Assembly: GCA_963667015.2 (NCBI GenBank)
Contig: CAXXJJ010000003.1
Coordinates: 32,001 to 96,000 of the forward strand
Direction of reading: 5' to 3'
Origin: Desulfatiglandales bacterium
GTDB taxonomy: Bacteria; Desulfobacterota; DSM-4660; Desulfatiglandales; HGW-15
DNA: 64,000 bases
Made by a program: the position numbers and the translations under genes. Positions 19,148 through 29,045 of the stretch are shown here, in pieces. Each line of letters opens with the position of its first letter. The first letter of the stretch is position 1. The notes under the pieces are model-generated. The model worked only from the letters and a program-made list of their open reading frames with translations, searched no databases and was not told the origin of the DNA.

Positions 19148-20662
19148 ATGGCTGATATTTTTAAGAAAAAATATTCCCGCAGGAAGTTTATTAGAAATAC
19201 TGCATTAACTACCGCAGGTTTATCTCTCGGTCCTTTTATACACCTTGGCAGGGCTAAGGCCGGCGTGCTTATGAAACGTCACATGGGTAGACTTGGTTTT
19301 GAGGCAACAACACTGGGTCTTGGAGGGCAGGCGTCACTTCAGTGGACACCTGCTGATGTTGATCCGGTCAAAATTATACTTAAGGCATTTGACTCAGAAA
19401 TAAATTATTACGATACATCCAACTTCTATGATGACAGTCAGCTCAATTATGGTAAGGCATTCCGCAAACTTGATCTTATTCCCGGACAGCCCGGGTATAA
19501 TGAAAAACTCCGTCGGTCCATTTTTTTAACAAGCAAAACCTGCCTGCGTTTTGGCAAAGGTGGCTGGAAAAACAATGTGATGTACAACCTCACTAACGGC
19601 TCCGGAACACATGCGGCAGATGATCTTAAGAGGACTATGTCACAGATTTTTGGTGATGGGAAAGGAGCCTATCCAAAGGGGGCCTATCTTGACCAGGTTT
19701 TGATGCATGCTGTTACCAGCGTTGAAGATATGGATGCGCTTTATGAAGGATATGAAAAGACTGATTCAAAGGCAGAGACAATAGGTACACTTGCAACATT
19801 GATAGATTTTCGTGACGGCACTAACCTGACCGGTCTTAATCCTCAGGAAGAAAAGCTCATCCGCCACATTGGATTTTCCGGACATGCTTCTCCGGCTGTT
19901 ATGATGGAGATGATTCATCGCGATACCAGGGATGTTCTTGATGGTATGCTTGTTGCCATTAATGCAAATGACCGCAACTATTTCAATATGCAGTATAACA
20001 ATATCCTTGTGGCACAGGCAAAGAATATGGGGCTGATTGCCATGAAGGTATTTGCGGATGGTGCAATGTATGAAAAACCTGCTGTAATGACCCAGGGACC
20101 GCATATGGTAATCCGCAAGGTTGGCAGTAAAAATCTTCCCAGCAGAAAGCTGGTAGAGTATTCCCTGACGACACCGGGCATTCATACAGCCATTATTGGA
20201 ACAGGACATATTGATAATGATCCTAAAACCTGTCAACTTACACAGAACCTTCTTGCTGCACAGGTAAAGCCAAATGACTTAACAGTGTCGGATCGTCGAG
20301 AGATAGAAAAGCTTGCTCTTGCTGCCAAGGAAGGAAAGACAAACGGCTTTTTCCAGGTTGAAAAACAGGAACTTGGAGCAGTTAGAGATTATGCTGTTTC
20401 ACAGGAAAAGCAGGACAGGAAGAGGGTTGCCAGACTTGAATGGCAGACTGCCTATGCAGGTGATGAACCGATTGTTCATTATGAGATATGGCGTGATAAT
20501 ACAAAGGTTGGGCAGGTTGCCTATAAGCCCCAGATAACCAGGGCTCCTTTTATATATAAAGAAACTCTGGCTGACAGCAACGCCCATAAATACAGGATTA
20601 TGACTGTAGATGCTGCAGGGCGCAAGGCTAAGACAGAAGAAATGATGCTTGCAGGAATTTAA
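19148..20662 (+). CDS. Tat-signal aldo/keto reductase-family protein with C-terminal FN3-like domain
   Basis: SRRKFIR twin-arginine motif; LGLGG, NYYDTS..Y, FLTSK, IRHIGFSGH, GLIAMKVF; tail LEWQTA...YEIWRD...YRIMTVDAAG. Confidence 0.8.
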   Translation: MADIFKKKYSRRKFIRNTALTTAGLSLGPFIHLGRAKAGVLMKRHMGRLGFEATTLGLGGQASLQWTPADVDPVKIILKAFDSEINYYDTSNFYDDSQLNYGKAFRKLDLIPGQPGYNEKLRRSIFLTSKTCLRFGKGGWKNNVMYNLTNGSGTHAADDLKRTMSQIFGDGKGAYPKGAYLDQVLMHAVTSVEDMDALYEGYEKTDSKAETIGTLATLIDFRDGTNLTGLNPQEEKLIRHIGFSGHASPAVMMEMIHRDTRDVLDGMLVAINANDRNYFNMQYNNILVAQAKNMGLIAMKVFADGAMYEKPAVMTQGPHMVIRKVGSKNLPSRKLVEYSLTTPGIHTAIIGTGHIDNDPKTCQLTQNLLAAQVKPNDLTVSDRREIEKLALAAKEGKTNGFFQVEKQELGAVRDYAVSQEKQDRKRVARLEWQTAYAGDEPIVHYEIWRDNTKVGQVAYKPQITRAPFIYKETLADSNAHKYRIMTVDAAGRKAKTEEMMLAGI

Positions 20663-20670
20663 CTCCTGTT

Positions 20671-23600
20671 TTATTTTTCCTGAATCGATGGTGACCAGCG
20701 TATTGCATCAGCCAATACCAGGTCTCCGTCGGTTTTATCCGACAGGGTCACCGATACCTCTCCCTTCGGAAGATCCATAATTGCCACCTGATTCCAGCCC
20801 TCCAGGGCAGCGTCCGAATTAAATTCTATATCAAATTGGTCACCATTACTGTCCCTGACAACCAGATTCCAGGTTCCAAAATTATATCGGGGAAAGGATT
20901 TCTGTTTGTCCGGTATGTGGTACCACAGGTCCCATGATCCGGTCCTGTTAATTGAAGCCGTAAAAGTTGCAGTCTTCTCACCTTCTCCAGCTTTAACTAC
21001 CGCAGTTGTGTGACGGTACTTCCCCCAGCTTCCCGGCAGATCAAGGTATGTCCAATCCGGTGTCGCAGTGAAAAAAGACGATGTTGATAGACCCTTCTCA
21101 TTTAAGCTAAGTGCTGCAGAGGGTCTCCCCTTTTTTACATCTCTCTTTTTATCGCCTTCCATTATCTCAAAACCTTTATCCAGGTTATCAACAATAATAA
21201 ATGGGCTTTCGGGCGGAGTCCAGGGAATGTCTTCCAACCCCTCGATAGGCTCCATGTTTATTATTTTATCATGATCAATATTTTGAAGAGGGACCGTAAA
21301 ATTCCCCCGGTTAAGGGAAATGTATGGCTCAATCAGGATATCTTCAGGCGGCTGGAATAGGGTCATGCCAGAACGAACTGCATGGTTTCCACCTATAGAG
21401 ATAGGATCACTTTTACTCCATTCCTGCTTTTCACCGGTTCCTACACGATACTGAAAACGAAAAACGCCGGGAACCGGTTCGTCATTGCGGACTGAAATCA
21501 GCAGCTGGTAACGGGGCATGCCATTCTCTGAATCAGGCAGACGATAGGCCTCGGCGTTTGAAACAATTAAACCGGGCAAAGATGTGCTTCCAAGCCAGTC
21601 ACCAAAAAGCTTTTCAAAATCTATGCCCATGGCTTTACCTTTATTTTTGAAATCATCGAATGAGAAGGTACGCCCTTTGTATGCTTCTCGAATGGAAGAA
21701 AGGAATTGCGCTGTTTTTTCCCGTCCAAGGATATCCATAATGCATCGTGCCATGGCGCCGGCCTTTAGGGCCAGGACGTTAATTTTGAGGGCCGGATCAT
21801 CCCATGGGTCCATATCCCTGAGTGAGATTTTAAGTACCTGATTCCAGACTTCCTGCCCGGAGGTTGATAAGGCAATGGCAGTATCTGTCATCGATTTTTT
21901 TGATGTTTCATTATTCTGAGAGAAAACAAGTGCACCAAAAATCACTCCCATAGGATCTTCATCGGTAAAACTATGTGCAGAAAAGTAACTGTTTGTATCA
22001 GTAACAAGGAGTGTTGAGAGAATTTCCATGACATAATTGAGAGCAATTGCTTCCAGACCCCGGGCACTGGTCTGATAAAGAAAAAAATTTCTGGCTGCCC
22101 CTGATAAAATATTTCCACCGGATATGTCATTAAGGAAGAATGTCCTGATACTCGCAAATTTGGCATGGGTCAGGCCTCCTTCCTGATCCCTGAAAACTTC
22201 AGGATCACGAAAGGGCCAGTCAAAGCGGGCTGTTGGAAAAGATATCTCACGCATCAGCAGTAGACCCGGAGGAGCCATAACTGTATCCATTCGCCATCCT
22301 CCGCCGAAACTGCGAAGAGAATTGGGTACCTCCACCAGAGTAAGACCATCATAAGGGTAACCAAGACCATATGCCTTGGCTTCTCTTATATGATCACCGA
22401 TCCATTCTCGGATTTTTTCAACAGTATCACTCATTAGTTGGATATTATTCATATGTCCGGGATATGCCAGAATCTCCATCTTTACCCCTTCTACCTCAAA
22501 GGATCGGCTTTCAAATCTTGAGGCAATAACTGCTGCTTCAGGCACAGGGGCTTCAGGTGAAAAACGAAATTTTACCCGGTCAGCGTCCTCACCTTTTTCT
22601 TCCATTCTGCGACCCGGGCCTGCCACAAGCCAACCGGAGGGGACATCTACAGTGAGATCCAGATTGAAGTAATCTACAGTGCCATGCCTAGGATCAGTAC
22701 GATCCTTTTCAGTGCCTGAGACAGGCAGCCAGCGTGTGCCAGGCATAAGTGCTACAAATCGCGAATCAAATATGTATCGATCAAGCCCGAGCATGGAGAG
22801 ATTCTTTTGGCCGCCCTTCAGGTTCCCGGTATTTACAGCACTTTCCAGATATCCGAATTTGTGATCAGGAAGCCCTTCGATGGAAAGCTGAATTACTGTT
22901 TCTTCTCCAGGATCAAGTGGGCTGGGCAAAATGACTTCAAGTAATCCGTTTTTGTGGGTAAAGTTCAGGGGTTTATTAAAAGCATCCAGGGCTTCCTTTA
23001 CCTCCTGCCCCGGATTAAGAGTAAAGATTGCGTTTTTCATAGATTCTTGAGCCGGGGCACTAAATAACAGCTCAAGATCAAGATTCAACGCCTTTCCCGG
23101 TTCAATTCTAACCCTGCCTGATATGGATTGAATGTCAGGCACAGGAGCATCGGCTTGAACAGCATGGGCTTCCTTCCATACTTCAGTCAATTTTAATGAA
23201 TTTATGTTTTTAAAAAATCCAAACCCGGTCATGAACAGTGCCAGGATTATTATTCCAGCTCCGCCTGCTGCGAGTCTTTTAGAGGAACCTCCGTCAAGGC
23301 GGGGATGGGCAGCCGCGCTTAATGCAATCATGCCAAAAGCCGTAAACAGTACTCCTATTCGCTGCAGGAATCCTTCCAGACTGGCTATAGAAGGGATAAT
23401 CTCAGATGAAGAGCTTATTATCGTTGAGCCGGTAATGTCAAACAAAGGAGAATAGATTGAAGGAAGATTAATTATGGCCCAGAAATTTCCACCTAAAATA
23501 AGGAGCAGCAGTACTGCAGTCATAAGCCTATTGCGAACAAGCAGAGTTATAAGAAAGACCACCGATAAAATAAATGCCAGAGCAGGAATGGCCATAAGGA

Positions 23601-24072
23601 ATACAAAGGAGAAAAGTGAATAAATCTCCATGGTATCGCCAAAAGGGAGAGGTAAAAGCAGGCCCAGGAATTCCAGAAGAAAAGACAGTGCCGCAATGGG
23701 AATCCATGAGGATATTAAGAGACCAAGAAACCGACCGGATACTAACTCCAGATTGGTATAGGGCCTTGAATCAAGGACTTCGTTTATCTGTTCTCTCCGG
23801 TCTCGGTCCCGTACATCGAATCCCAGAAAGACCGCTCCTCCAACATAAATAAGAAGGTAATACAATCCGATAGTACTGATGATATAGCGGGGACTTAACA
23901 GCGCCTCAGTTGCAGAATATGATGAATAAACACCATGCATGACTGAGTAAATAAGAAAAATAATGATGGCAATCAGGTAGGAAATAGAAACAAAACACCA
24001 GTAGCGTACCAGTCGTCGGGTTAGCCTTGTTTCGGCGCGGGCAAAGGAAATTACATTATTGATATTTATCAT
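20671..24072 (-). CDS. ABC-2-type permease fused to M1-aminopeptidase-like ectodomain (no HExxH) and C-terminal carbohydrate-binding-like domain
   Basis: N-terminal TM helices with RDRREQINEVLDSRP; YPYDGLTLVEVP; C-terminal IIVDNLDKGF...GWN...VLADAIRW. Confidence 0.65.
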   Translation of the reverse strand: MININNVISFARAETRLTRRLVRYWCFVSISYLIAIIIFLIYSVMHGVYSSYSATEALLSPRYIISTIGLYYLLIYVGGAVFLGFDVRDRDRREQINEVLDSRPYTNLELVSGRFLGLLISSWIPIAALSFLLEFLGLLLPLPFGDTMEIYSLFSFVFLMAIPALAFILSVVFLITLLVRNRLMTAVLLLLILGGNFWAIINLPSIYSPLFDITGSTIISSSSEIIPSIASLEGFLQRIGVLFTAFGMIALSAAAHPRLDGGSSKRLAAGGAGIIILALFMTGFGFFKNINSLKLTEVWKEAHAVQADAPVPDIQSISGRVRIEPGKALNLDLELLFSAPAQESMKNAIFTLNPGQEVKEALDAFNKPLNFTHKNGLLEVILPSPLDPGEETVIQLSIEGLPDHKFGYLESAVNTGNLKGGQKNLSMLGLDRYIFDSRFVALMPGTRWLPVSGTEKDRTDPRHGTVDYFNLDLTVDVPSGWLVAGPGRRMEEKGEDADRVKFRFSPEAPVPEAAVIASRFESRSFEVEGVKMEILAYPGHMNNIQLMSDTVEKIREWIGDHIREAKAYGLGYPYDGLTLVEVPNSLRSFGGGWRMDTVMAPPGLLLMREISFPTARFDWPFRDPEVFRDQEGGLTHAKFASIRTFFLNDISGGNILSGAARNFFLYQTSARGLEAIALNYVMEILSTLLVTDTNSYFSAHSFTDEDPMGVIFGALVFSQNNETSKKSMTDTAIALSTSGQEVWNQVLKISLRDMDPWDDPALKINVLALKAGAMARCIMDILGREKTAQFLSSIREAYKGRTFSFDDFKNKGKAMGIDFEKLFGDWLGSTSLPGLIVSNAEAYRLPDSENGMPRYQLLISVRNDEPVPGVFRFQYRVGTGEKQEWSKSDPISIGGNHAVRSGMTLFQPPEDILIEPYISLNRGNFTVPLQNIDHDKIINMEPIEGLEDIPWTPPESPFIIVDNLDKGFEIMEGDKKRDVKKGRPSAALSLNEKGLSTSSFFTATPDWTYLDLPGSWGKYRHTTAVVKAGEGEKTATFTASINRTGSWDLWYHIPDKQKSFPRYNFGTWNLVVRDSNGDQFDIEFNSDAALEGWNQVAIMDLPKGEVSVTLSDKTDGDLVLADAIRWSPSIQEK

Positions 24073-24086
24073 GATATTCTTAAATA

Positions 24087-24722
24087 TTAATCACACCGGC
24101 ATGGATAATTATCTTCATATGCTTTATTACGCTCTTCACTGCAATATACCTTTAAACCTTTATTTTCCCCATTCATATACCCATAAACCGCTTTACTAAA
24201 AGAGTCGTGAATAATATCCGCCATGTCCTGTTCCAATTGCCCCTGCATTATAGGCATGGGATCCGTTTTAAGATCCCCCTTTAATTCAAAAGAGGAATAT
24301 GTTATGGCGCCCTCCTGGTATTGTATACAACGATCTTTACCTTCCCCGTTGAGTTTTATTTTAAAATCAAATTCGGATTCAAGGTTTACATCCTGATCGT
24401 AAACGGGATATGCGGATGACAGTGATACCTGATAACACATTTTTATTAATAATCTTGCGTTAATATTAGCGACTGCCTTTCCTGTTACAAAATCCCCTTC
24501 GACATGCCATTCCTTTACCGATATGGCGTCGGACATATTTAAAATATTGTAATAATAACAAAACTGGAACAGGTAATCACACCCGACATAACAGGGCTTT
24601 TTAGTGACAGGAATAAATTGGGGTTTTGTTCCCGGAGAATTAGCAGTGTCTGATGCATTAACATTAAGAGGGGGAAGGCTTAACAACATAAAAAGAATAA
24701 TTAATCTCAATAATCTGGACAT
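24087..24722 (-). CDS. Hypothetical secreted Cys-containing protein
   Basis: 211-aa ORF with AAGGAG RBS and signal peptide; no family recognised. Confidence 0.65.
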   Translation of the reverse strand: MSRLLRLIILFMLLSLPPLNVNASDTANSPGTKPQFIPVTKKPCYVGCDYLFQFCYYYNILNMSDAISVKEWHVEGDFVTGKAVANINARLLIKMCYQVSLSSAYPVYDQDVNLESEFDFKIKLNGEGKDRCIQYQEGAITYSSFELKGDLKTDPMPIMQGQLEQDMADIIHDSFSKAVYGYMNGENKGLKVYCSEERNKAYEDNYPCRCD

Positions 24723-24814
24723 GGCCTGTACTCCTTAAATTTAAATGGTCATTTAACTGCATGTTTGTTAATAGTAGCAGAAAAGGATCGAAAATGAAAT
24801 TAATCGGAGAAAAT

Positions 24815-25143
24815 ATGCTCAAGACAAATGAAAACAAACTTGTAGAATTCTTACTGCAATGCCAGCCAGGCCCTCCTGGAGTGTTGATCATCAGGGGAAG
24901 CCTTTCATACTGCCTTCCATGGCGGTACTAATGGATCATGATAACCGTTATGGAAGGGCATACCGGAAGGGAGCTGTTACAATAGGTATTATAGTACACA
25001 GCGACTGTTTAATAGCTGGCCATGGCCCTGGAGTAACCACTTTAATGACATGTGAAACTTCACAGATAGAGCCGGTCCTCGATAAAAGTGCGAACATAGC
25101 GGAGCTTTTAAAAATTGGTACAGCTGCAAAAGTCGGAAGATGA
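24815..25143 (+). pseudogene. DUF4438-like gene remnant (frameshift plus large internal deletion)
   Basis: RBS + [21 protein letters not shown], frame change into [14 protein letters not shown], then directly the C-terminal [30 protein letters not shown] motif. Confidence 0.65.
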
Positions 25144-25184
25144 AAAGGTAATAAAGTCTTAGAATCTACCTGTTATCTCTTTAG

Positions 25185-25230
25185 TAGCACCATAATGACA
25201 GTTTTATACTGTTATTATGGTGCTAATTTT
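25185..25230 (+). terminator. Hairpin/terminator after the DUF4438 remnant
   Basis: tagcaccataatgacag-ttttata-ctgttattatggtgcta, 17-bp stem followed by short T run. Confidence 0.55.
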
Positions 25231-25301
25231 ATGATATTTACAAGGTAAGATTTTTTTTGTAGATTTTTGGGGTATTTCAATAAGAGGGTATTTCGAATAA
25301 T

Positions 25302-25398
25302 TTTATGTACACAGATCGTAGACCGCGTGTTTGTATTATTAATACAACATCAACCCCTCCCGATTTGTTGATAGCGGTTTGCGATCTGTGTACATAAA
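25302..25398 (+). other. 97-nt structured intergenic element (25-bp closing stem plus two internal hairpins)
   Basis: tttatgtacacagatcgtagaccgc / gcggtttgcgatctgtgtacataaa; inner ttgtatt/aatacaa and atcaac/gttgat with CCCTCCCG loop. Confidence 0.6.
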
Positions 25399-25631
25399 CA
25401 GTAATAGCACAATTTATCCGCTCACACCATAAATATAAATTACCTTAAAATTAAATCTCGAATCTACTGCATTTAAAAAAATAGATATTATCAACTATTT
25501 AATTTTGTTGACAGTTTATGATGGCAATGAATAATGGATACATTATTCATTGCCATTTTTGAAGATGTACAAAAACAGATTTGGCTAAGTGGTGCCTTCT
25601 TAAAAATAATTTTAATAAGGAGAAAATTCCC

Positions 25632-26801
25632 ATGAAAATCACCAGGGTAGAGTGTATTCCATTGTCGATCGAGTTTGTTAAACCGATCATTATGTCCGGT
25701 GGACCTGTTAAATGGGCTCATAGCGTCCTGCTCAAGCTTTATACAGATGAGGGAATTACAGGCATTGCGGAATGTGGTGATACCTCAACATGGTATATGG
25801 GTGAAAGCCAGGAATCGATTCTTCATAATGTCGGAAATATTTACGGACCGAAGGTGCTGCTGGGTGAAGACCCATTTAAAATCGAGACCATAATTGCCCA
25901 AATGGATAAAATAGTTTACCGCAATTACCACTCTAAAGCCCTGGTAGATTATGCCCTGCATGACCTGGTAGCCAGGGCGATGGGAGTGCCGCTTTACCAG
26001 TATCTTGGCGGCTGTGCCAATGAAAAGATAGAACTGGCATATGTCATGTCCTCCGGAACGCCCCGGGAGGTGGCCGATAATGCGCGAAAACTGGTCAGCG
26101 TGGGCTACAAGGGACTCAAATTGAAGGTGGGGCATAATATTATAGAGGAAGATGTTGAGATGGTTGCTGAAGTGCGCCGGGCAGTTGGCAGCAGAGTGAA
26201 TATTATGACTGACACCAATGGCGGCTGGGATTACATGCGCGCCCTGCGGTTCCTTAAACAGGTTGAAAAATATGATCTCTACCTGGCAGAGCAGCCAATT
26301 CCACGCTGGGATATAGACGGGCTGGCGCGATTGCGTCGCAAGACTTCTGTGCCAATCTTTGCTGATGAAGCTGCTGCCGAACTGAACGATCTTATTAAGC
26401 TGGCCCAGCGCGATGCCATTGACGGATTTTTCCTCAAGGTGCCCAAGGCCGGGGGTATCCACAAATCCAAAAAATTTGTAGCTGTAGCCGAAGCAATGGG
26501 GCTCAATGTCATGACAGGCTGCATGATCAACTCAGGTCTGGGTGCGGCAGTGGAAGCCCATTTTCTGTGTTCCACAGAATGGCTGGGAAAGATCCAACAG
26601 GAATCCATAGGCCCCCTCAATATGCACGACCTTTTGGAAACAGATGGCGGCCCGATTCCCAATGACCTGGGATTAAGTTCTCCCCGCTATGAAAAGGGAT
26701 ATCTGTACCCGCCGGAGGGTAATGGCCTGGGAGTTGAATTAAACCAGGCTGCTGTTGAAAAATTCGCTTCACCGGGTAAATCCCCTATTATAATTGGCTG
26801 A
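25632..26801 (+). CDS. Enolase-superfamily enzyme (muconate cycloisomerase/dipeptide epimerase subgroup)
   Basis: ATG 25632 after AGGAG; ALHDLVARAMGVPLY, KLKVG, DTNGGW, EQP, PIFADE, KVPKAGG, GLGVE. Confidence 0.88.
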   Translation: MKITRVECIPLSIEFVKPIIMSGGPVKWAHSVLLKLYTDEGITGIAECGDTSTWYMGESQESILHNVGNIYGPKVLLGEDPFKIETIIAQMDKIVYRNYHSKALVDYALHDLVARAMGVPLYQYLGGCANEKIELAYVMSSGTPREVADNARKLVSVGYKGLKLKVGHNIIEEDVEMVAEVRRAVGSRVNIMTDTNGGWDYMRALRFLKQVEKYDLYLAEQPIPRWDIDGLARLRRKTSVPIFADEAAAELNDLIKLAQRDAIDGFFLKVPKAGGIHKSKKFVAVAEAMGLNVMTGCMINSGLGAAVEAHFLCSTEWLGKIQQESIGPLNMHDLLETDGGPIPNDLGLSSPRYEKGYLYPPEGNGLGVELNQAAVEKFASPGKSPIIIG

Positions 26802-27020
26802 TTCGTGAGGCAGTAAGGATTCTGGAGGCCCGCAATTTTTTTGAGACTATTCCTCAGAAAGGGGCTTATGTCAAACAGGTCACGACCGAAGAGGTCGAAG
26901 AACTCTATGTTGTGCTCAAGGCTTTGCTATCAGCAGCAGTTAAAATAACTGCTGCTCGCCTTCCAGGAGAGAATCGTGAGAAACTGCTCACGATTGTAGA
27001 AGAAATTTATCAACTTTATA
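26801..27020 (+). pseudogene. GntR/FCD-family regulator fragment
   Basis: Hand translation from 26801: IREAVRILEARNFFETIPQKGAYVKQVTTEEVEELYVVLKALL...; no start codon, N-terminal HTH part or FCD C-terminus. Confidence 0.7.
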
Positions 27021-28997
27021 TTAATATATCCACGAACATGCGGTTCTGGCTTTTATCCAGTATCCATTCCCCGGAGCCATTGTAGTAAGGTCACTGAATT
27101 CAGGATTTTGAGGATCGTAAACCTGCCATTTACCGCTGATGTAGGCCCAGACACTTGTTACGTTTTCAGCTATTGATGATATTGCATCAGCCATATCCAG
27201 TGCTCCGGATGAGGCGAACCCGACAAGGTTCCAGCCCTCTGAAATGTCTGTTGATTCGACAGGGGCAATCTCGGAAATAGAAAGCTCTGCATCTTCTCGC
27301 ATATTTACCCACAGCCCTTTTCCTGGCTCTACTTCCAGAAGGTCACTGGACTCGATGTCTGCAGGGTTATAAACTCTCCATGCTCCCTCATCAAATGACC
27401 ATATGCTGATAATCTTGTCCATAATCTGCCCGAATGCCTCTTCAATGGAAGTTGCTGTCTCGCTATTTGAGATGGAAACAAGGTTCCATCCGCTTCGGAC
27501 CGGGAGAACATGGGGTGAAGGTGTGACGTCTATAATGCATTCACTTGATGATTTCAGTCCTCCATCATCGGTTATAACCAGCTTAAAGATGAGTATTTCG
27601 CCCTGGGAATCGACAGGTGGTGCGGTAAATGAGGGGTTTACTGCTGCCGGATCATCCAGTATAACGATTGTTCCCCCGGTCTGGGTCCATCTGTATGATA
27701 GTATATCTCCGTCATAATCAACAGAGGCCGATCCATCCAGGGCAACGGTTTCTCCTGCGGTTACATTTTGATCCTCGCCGGCATCTGCAAGAGGAGGATT
27801 GTTGACCCATACTACATTTACAATACATGAGTCAGTGCCTTTCAACCCCTGATCATCGGTTACAGTCAATTCAAATATTAATGCTTCGCCTTCCGGATTA
27901 ACCAGTGGAGAGGTAAATGAGGGCTGCGGGGTTAAAGGATTATCGAGCTCTACAATGATTCCGCCTGTCTGAACCCAGCGGTACGATGCTATGCTTCCAT
28001 CGGCGTCAAGAGAACCGGAACCGTTTAACGCTACCTGCATGCCTTCTTCAACGTTCTGATCCGACCCTGCAATGGCCACCGGAGGATCGTTTACCCATAC
28101 GATGTTTACAATACATGTGTCTGTACTTTTTAATCCCTGATCATCGGTTACAGTCAATTCAAATGTTAATGCCTCACCTTCCGGGCTAACCAGTGGAGAG
28201 GTAAATGTTGCCAGCATTGTAGCGGCATTCTCAAGTTCTACCGTGGTTCCACCTGTCTGAACCCATCGGTATGATGCTATGCTTCCATCGACATCTATAG
28301 AACCGGAACCGTTTAACACGACCTGCATGCCTTCTTCAACGTTCTGATCCGCCCCTGCACTGGCAGTCGGAGGTTCGTTTACGAAAACAACATTTATGAT
28401 ACAGGTATCGGTATCTGTCAGGCCGTCAGAATCTGTGACGGTTAACACAAAGGTAAGGGACTCACTCTCAGTAATTGAAGGGGCTGTAAATACCGGTTGT
28501 GCAGATGAGGGATCATCCAGAGTGACCGATGTGCCAGCTGTCTGAGCCCACTGCCACTGGGTAATACTGCCGTCAGGATCACTGGACCCTGATCCGTCAA
28601 GGGTAACCGTTTCTCCCTCATACACACTCTGGTCTGGACCGGCGTGTGCATCAGGTGGGGCTGATGATACTTCACCGGTGCTGACTTCATTGGAGTAATC
28701 ACTTTCAAGTCCTGCTTCATCAACCGCGGTTACTGCAAAAAAATAGACCTGATTATCATCTGGAATTTCAACAGAATATTCTGTAGCTAGACCGATATCG
28801 CCGCTGTTGTAGGAATAATCTCCAGAAGAAATACCCCAGTAAACTACATAATGACTTAAATCCGGTTCACTGTTCGGGTCCCAGGTAAGGGTAACATTGC
28901 GGGCATATGCAGATATGCTGAAAATCGATAATATGGCTGTATAAAAAAGAATACGTTTAAATCCGGGCAAAAAACTGGAATTGGTTAATGCTGGCAT
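27021..28997 (-). CDS. Secreted FN3 + four PKD/Ig-like repeats + duplicated C-terminal 'GWNLV' domain (surface protein/adhesin)
   Basis: Probable start ATG 28997 after AAGGAAGG; VTLTWDPNSEPDL...ESDYSNEV; four PP.A.AG.DQ.V...LDGSGS.D.DG.I..Y.W.QT.G units; two GWNLV..GYW units. Confidence 0.85.
   Translation of the reverse strand: MPALTNSSFLPGFKRILFYTAILSIFSISAYARNVTLTWDPNSEPDLSHYVVYWGISSGDYSYNSGDIGLATEYSVEIPDDNQVYFFAVTAVDEAGLESDYSNEVSTGEVSSAPPDAHAGPDQSVYEGETVTLDGSGSSDPDGSITQWQWAQTAGTSVTLDDPSSAQPVFTAPSITESESLTFVLTVTDSDGLTDTDTCIINVVFVNEPPTASAGADQNVEEGMQVVLNGSGSIDVDGSIASYRWVQTGGTTVELENAATMLATFTSPLVSPEGEALTFELTVTDDQGLKSTDTCIVNIVWVNDPPVAIAGSDQNVEEGMQVALNGSGSLDADGSIASYRWVQTGGIIVELDNPLTPQPSFTSPLVNPEGEALIFELTVTDDQGLKGTDSCIVNVVWVNNPPLADAGEDQNVTAGETVALDGSASVDYDGDILSYRWTQTGGTIVILDDPAAVNPSFTAPPVDSQGEILIFKLVITDDGGLKSSSECIIDVTPSPHVLPVRSGWNLVSISNSETATSIEEAFGQIMDKIISIWSFDEGAWRVYNPADIESSDLLEVEPGKGLWVNMREDAELSISEIAPVESTDISEGWNLVGFASSGALDMADAISSIAENVTSVWAYISGKWQVYDPQNPEFSDLTTMAPGNGYWIKARTACSWIY
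27805..28380 (-). repeat. Tandem 288-bp (96-aa) PKD repeats with high DNA similarity
   Basis: ccctgatcatcggttacagtcaattcaaat at 27847 and 28135; gccttcttcaacgttctgatcc also recurs. Confidence 0.8.
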
Positions 28998-29045
28998 AAA
29001 AAAACACCTTCCTTTGCTGCTGTTAAACGCGGACCAGCACTTGGG

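Noticed and set aside
25269..25300. Direct repeat gggtatttc(g)aataa x2
   Set aside because: Short, two copies, in AT-rich DNA; cannot be told apart from a chance duplication.
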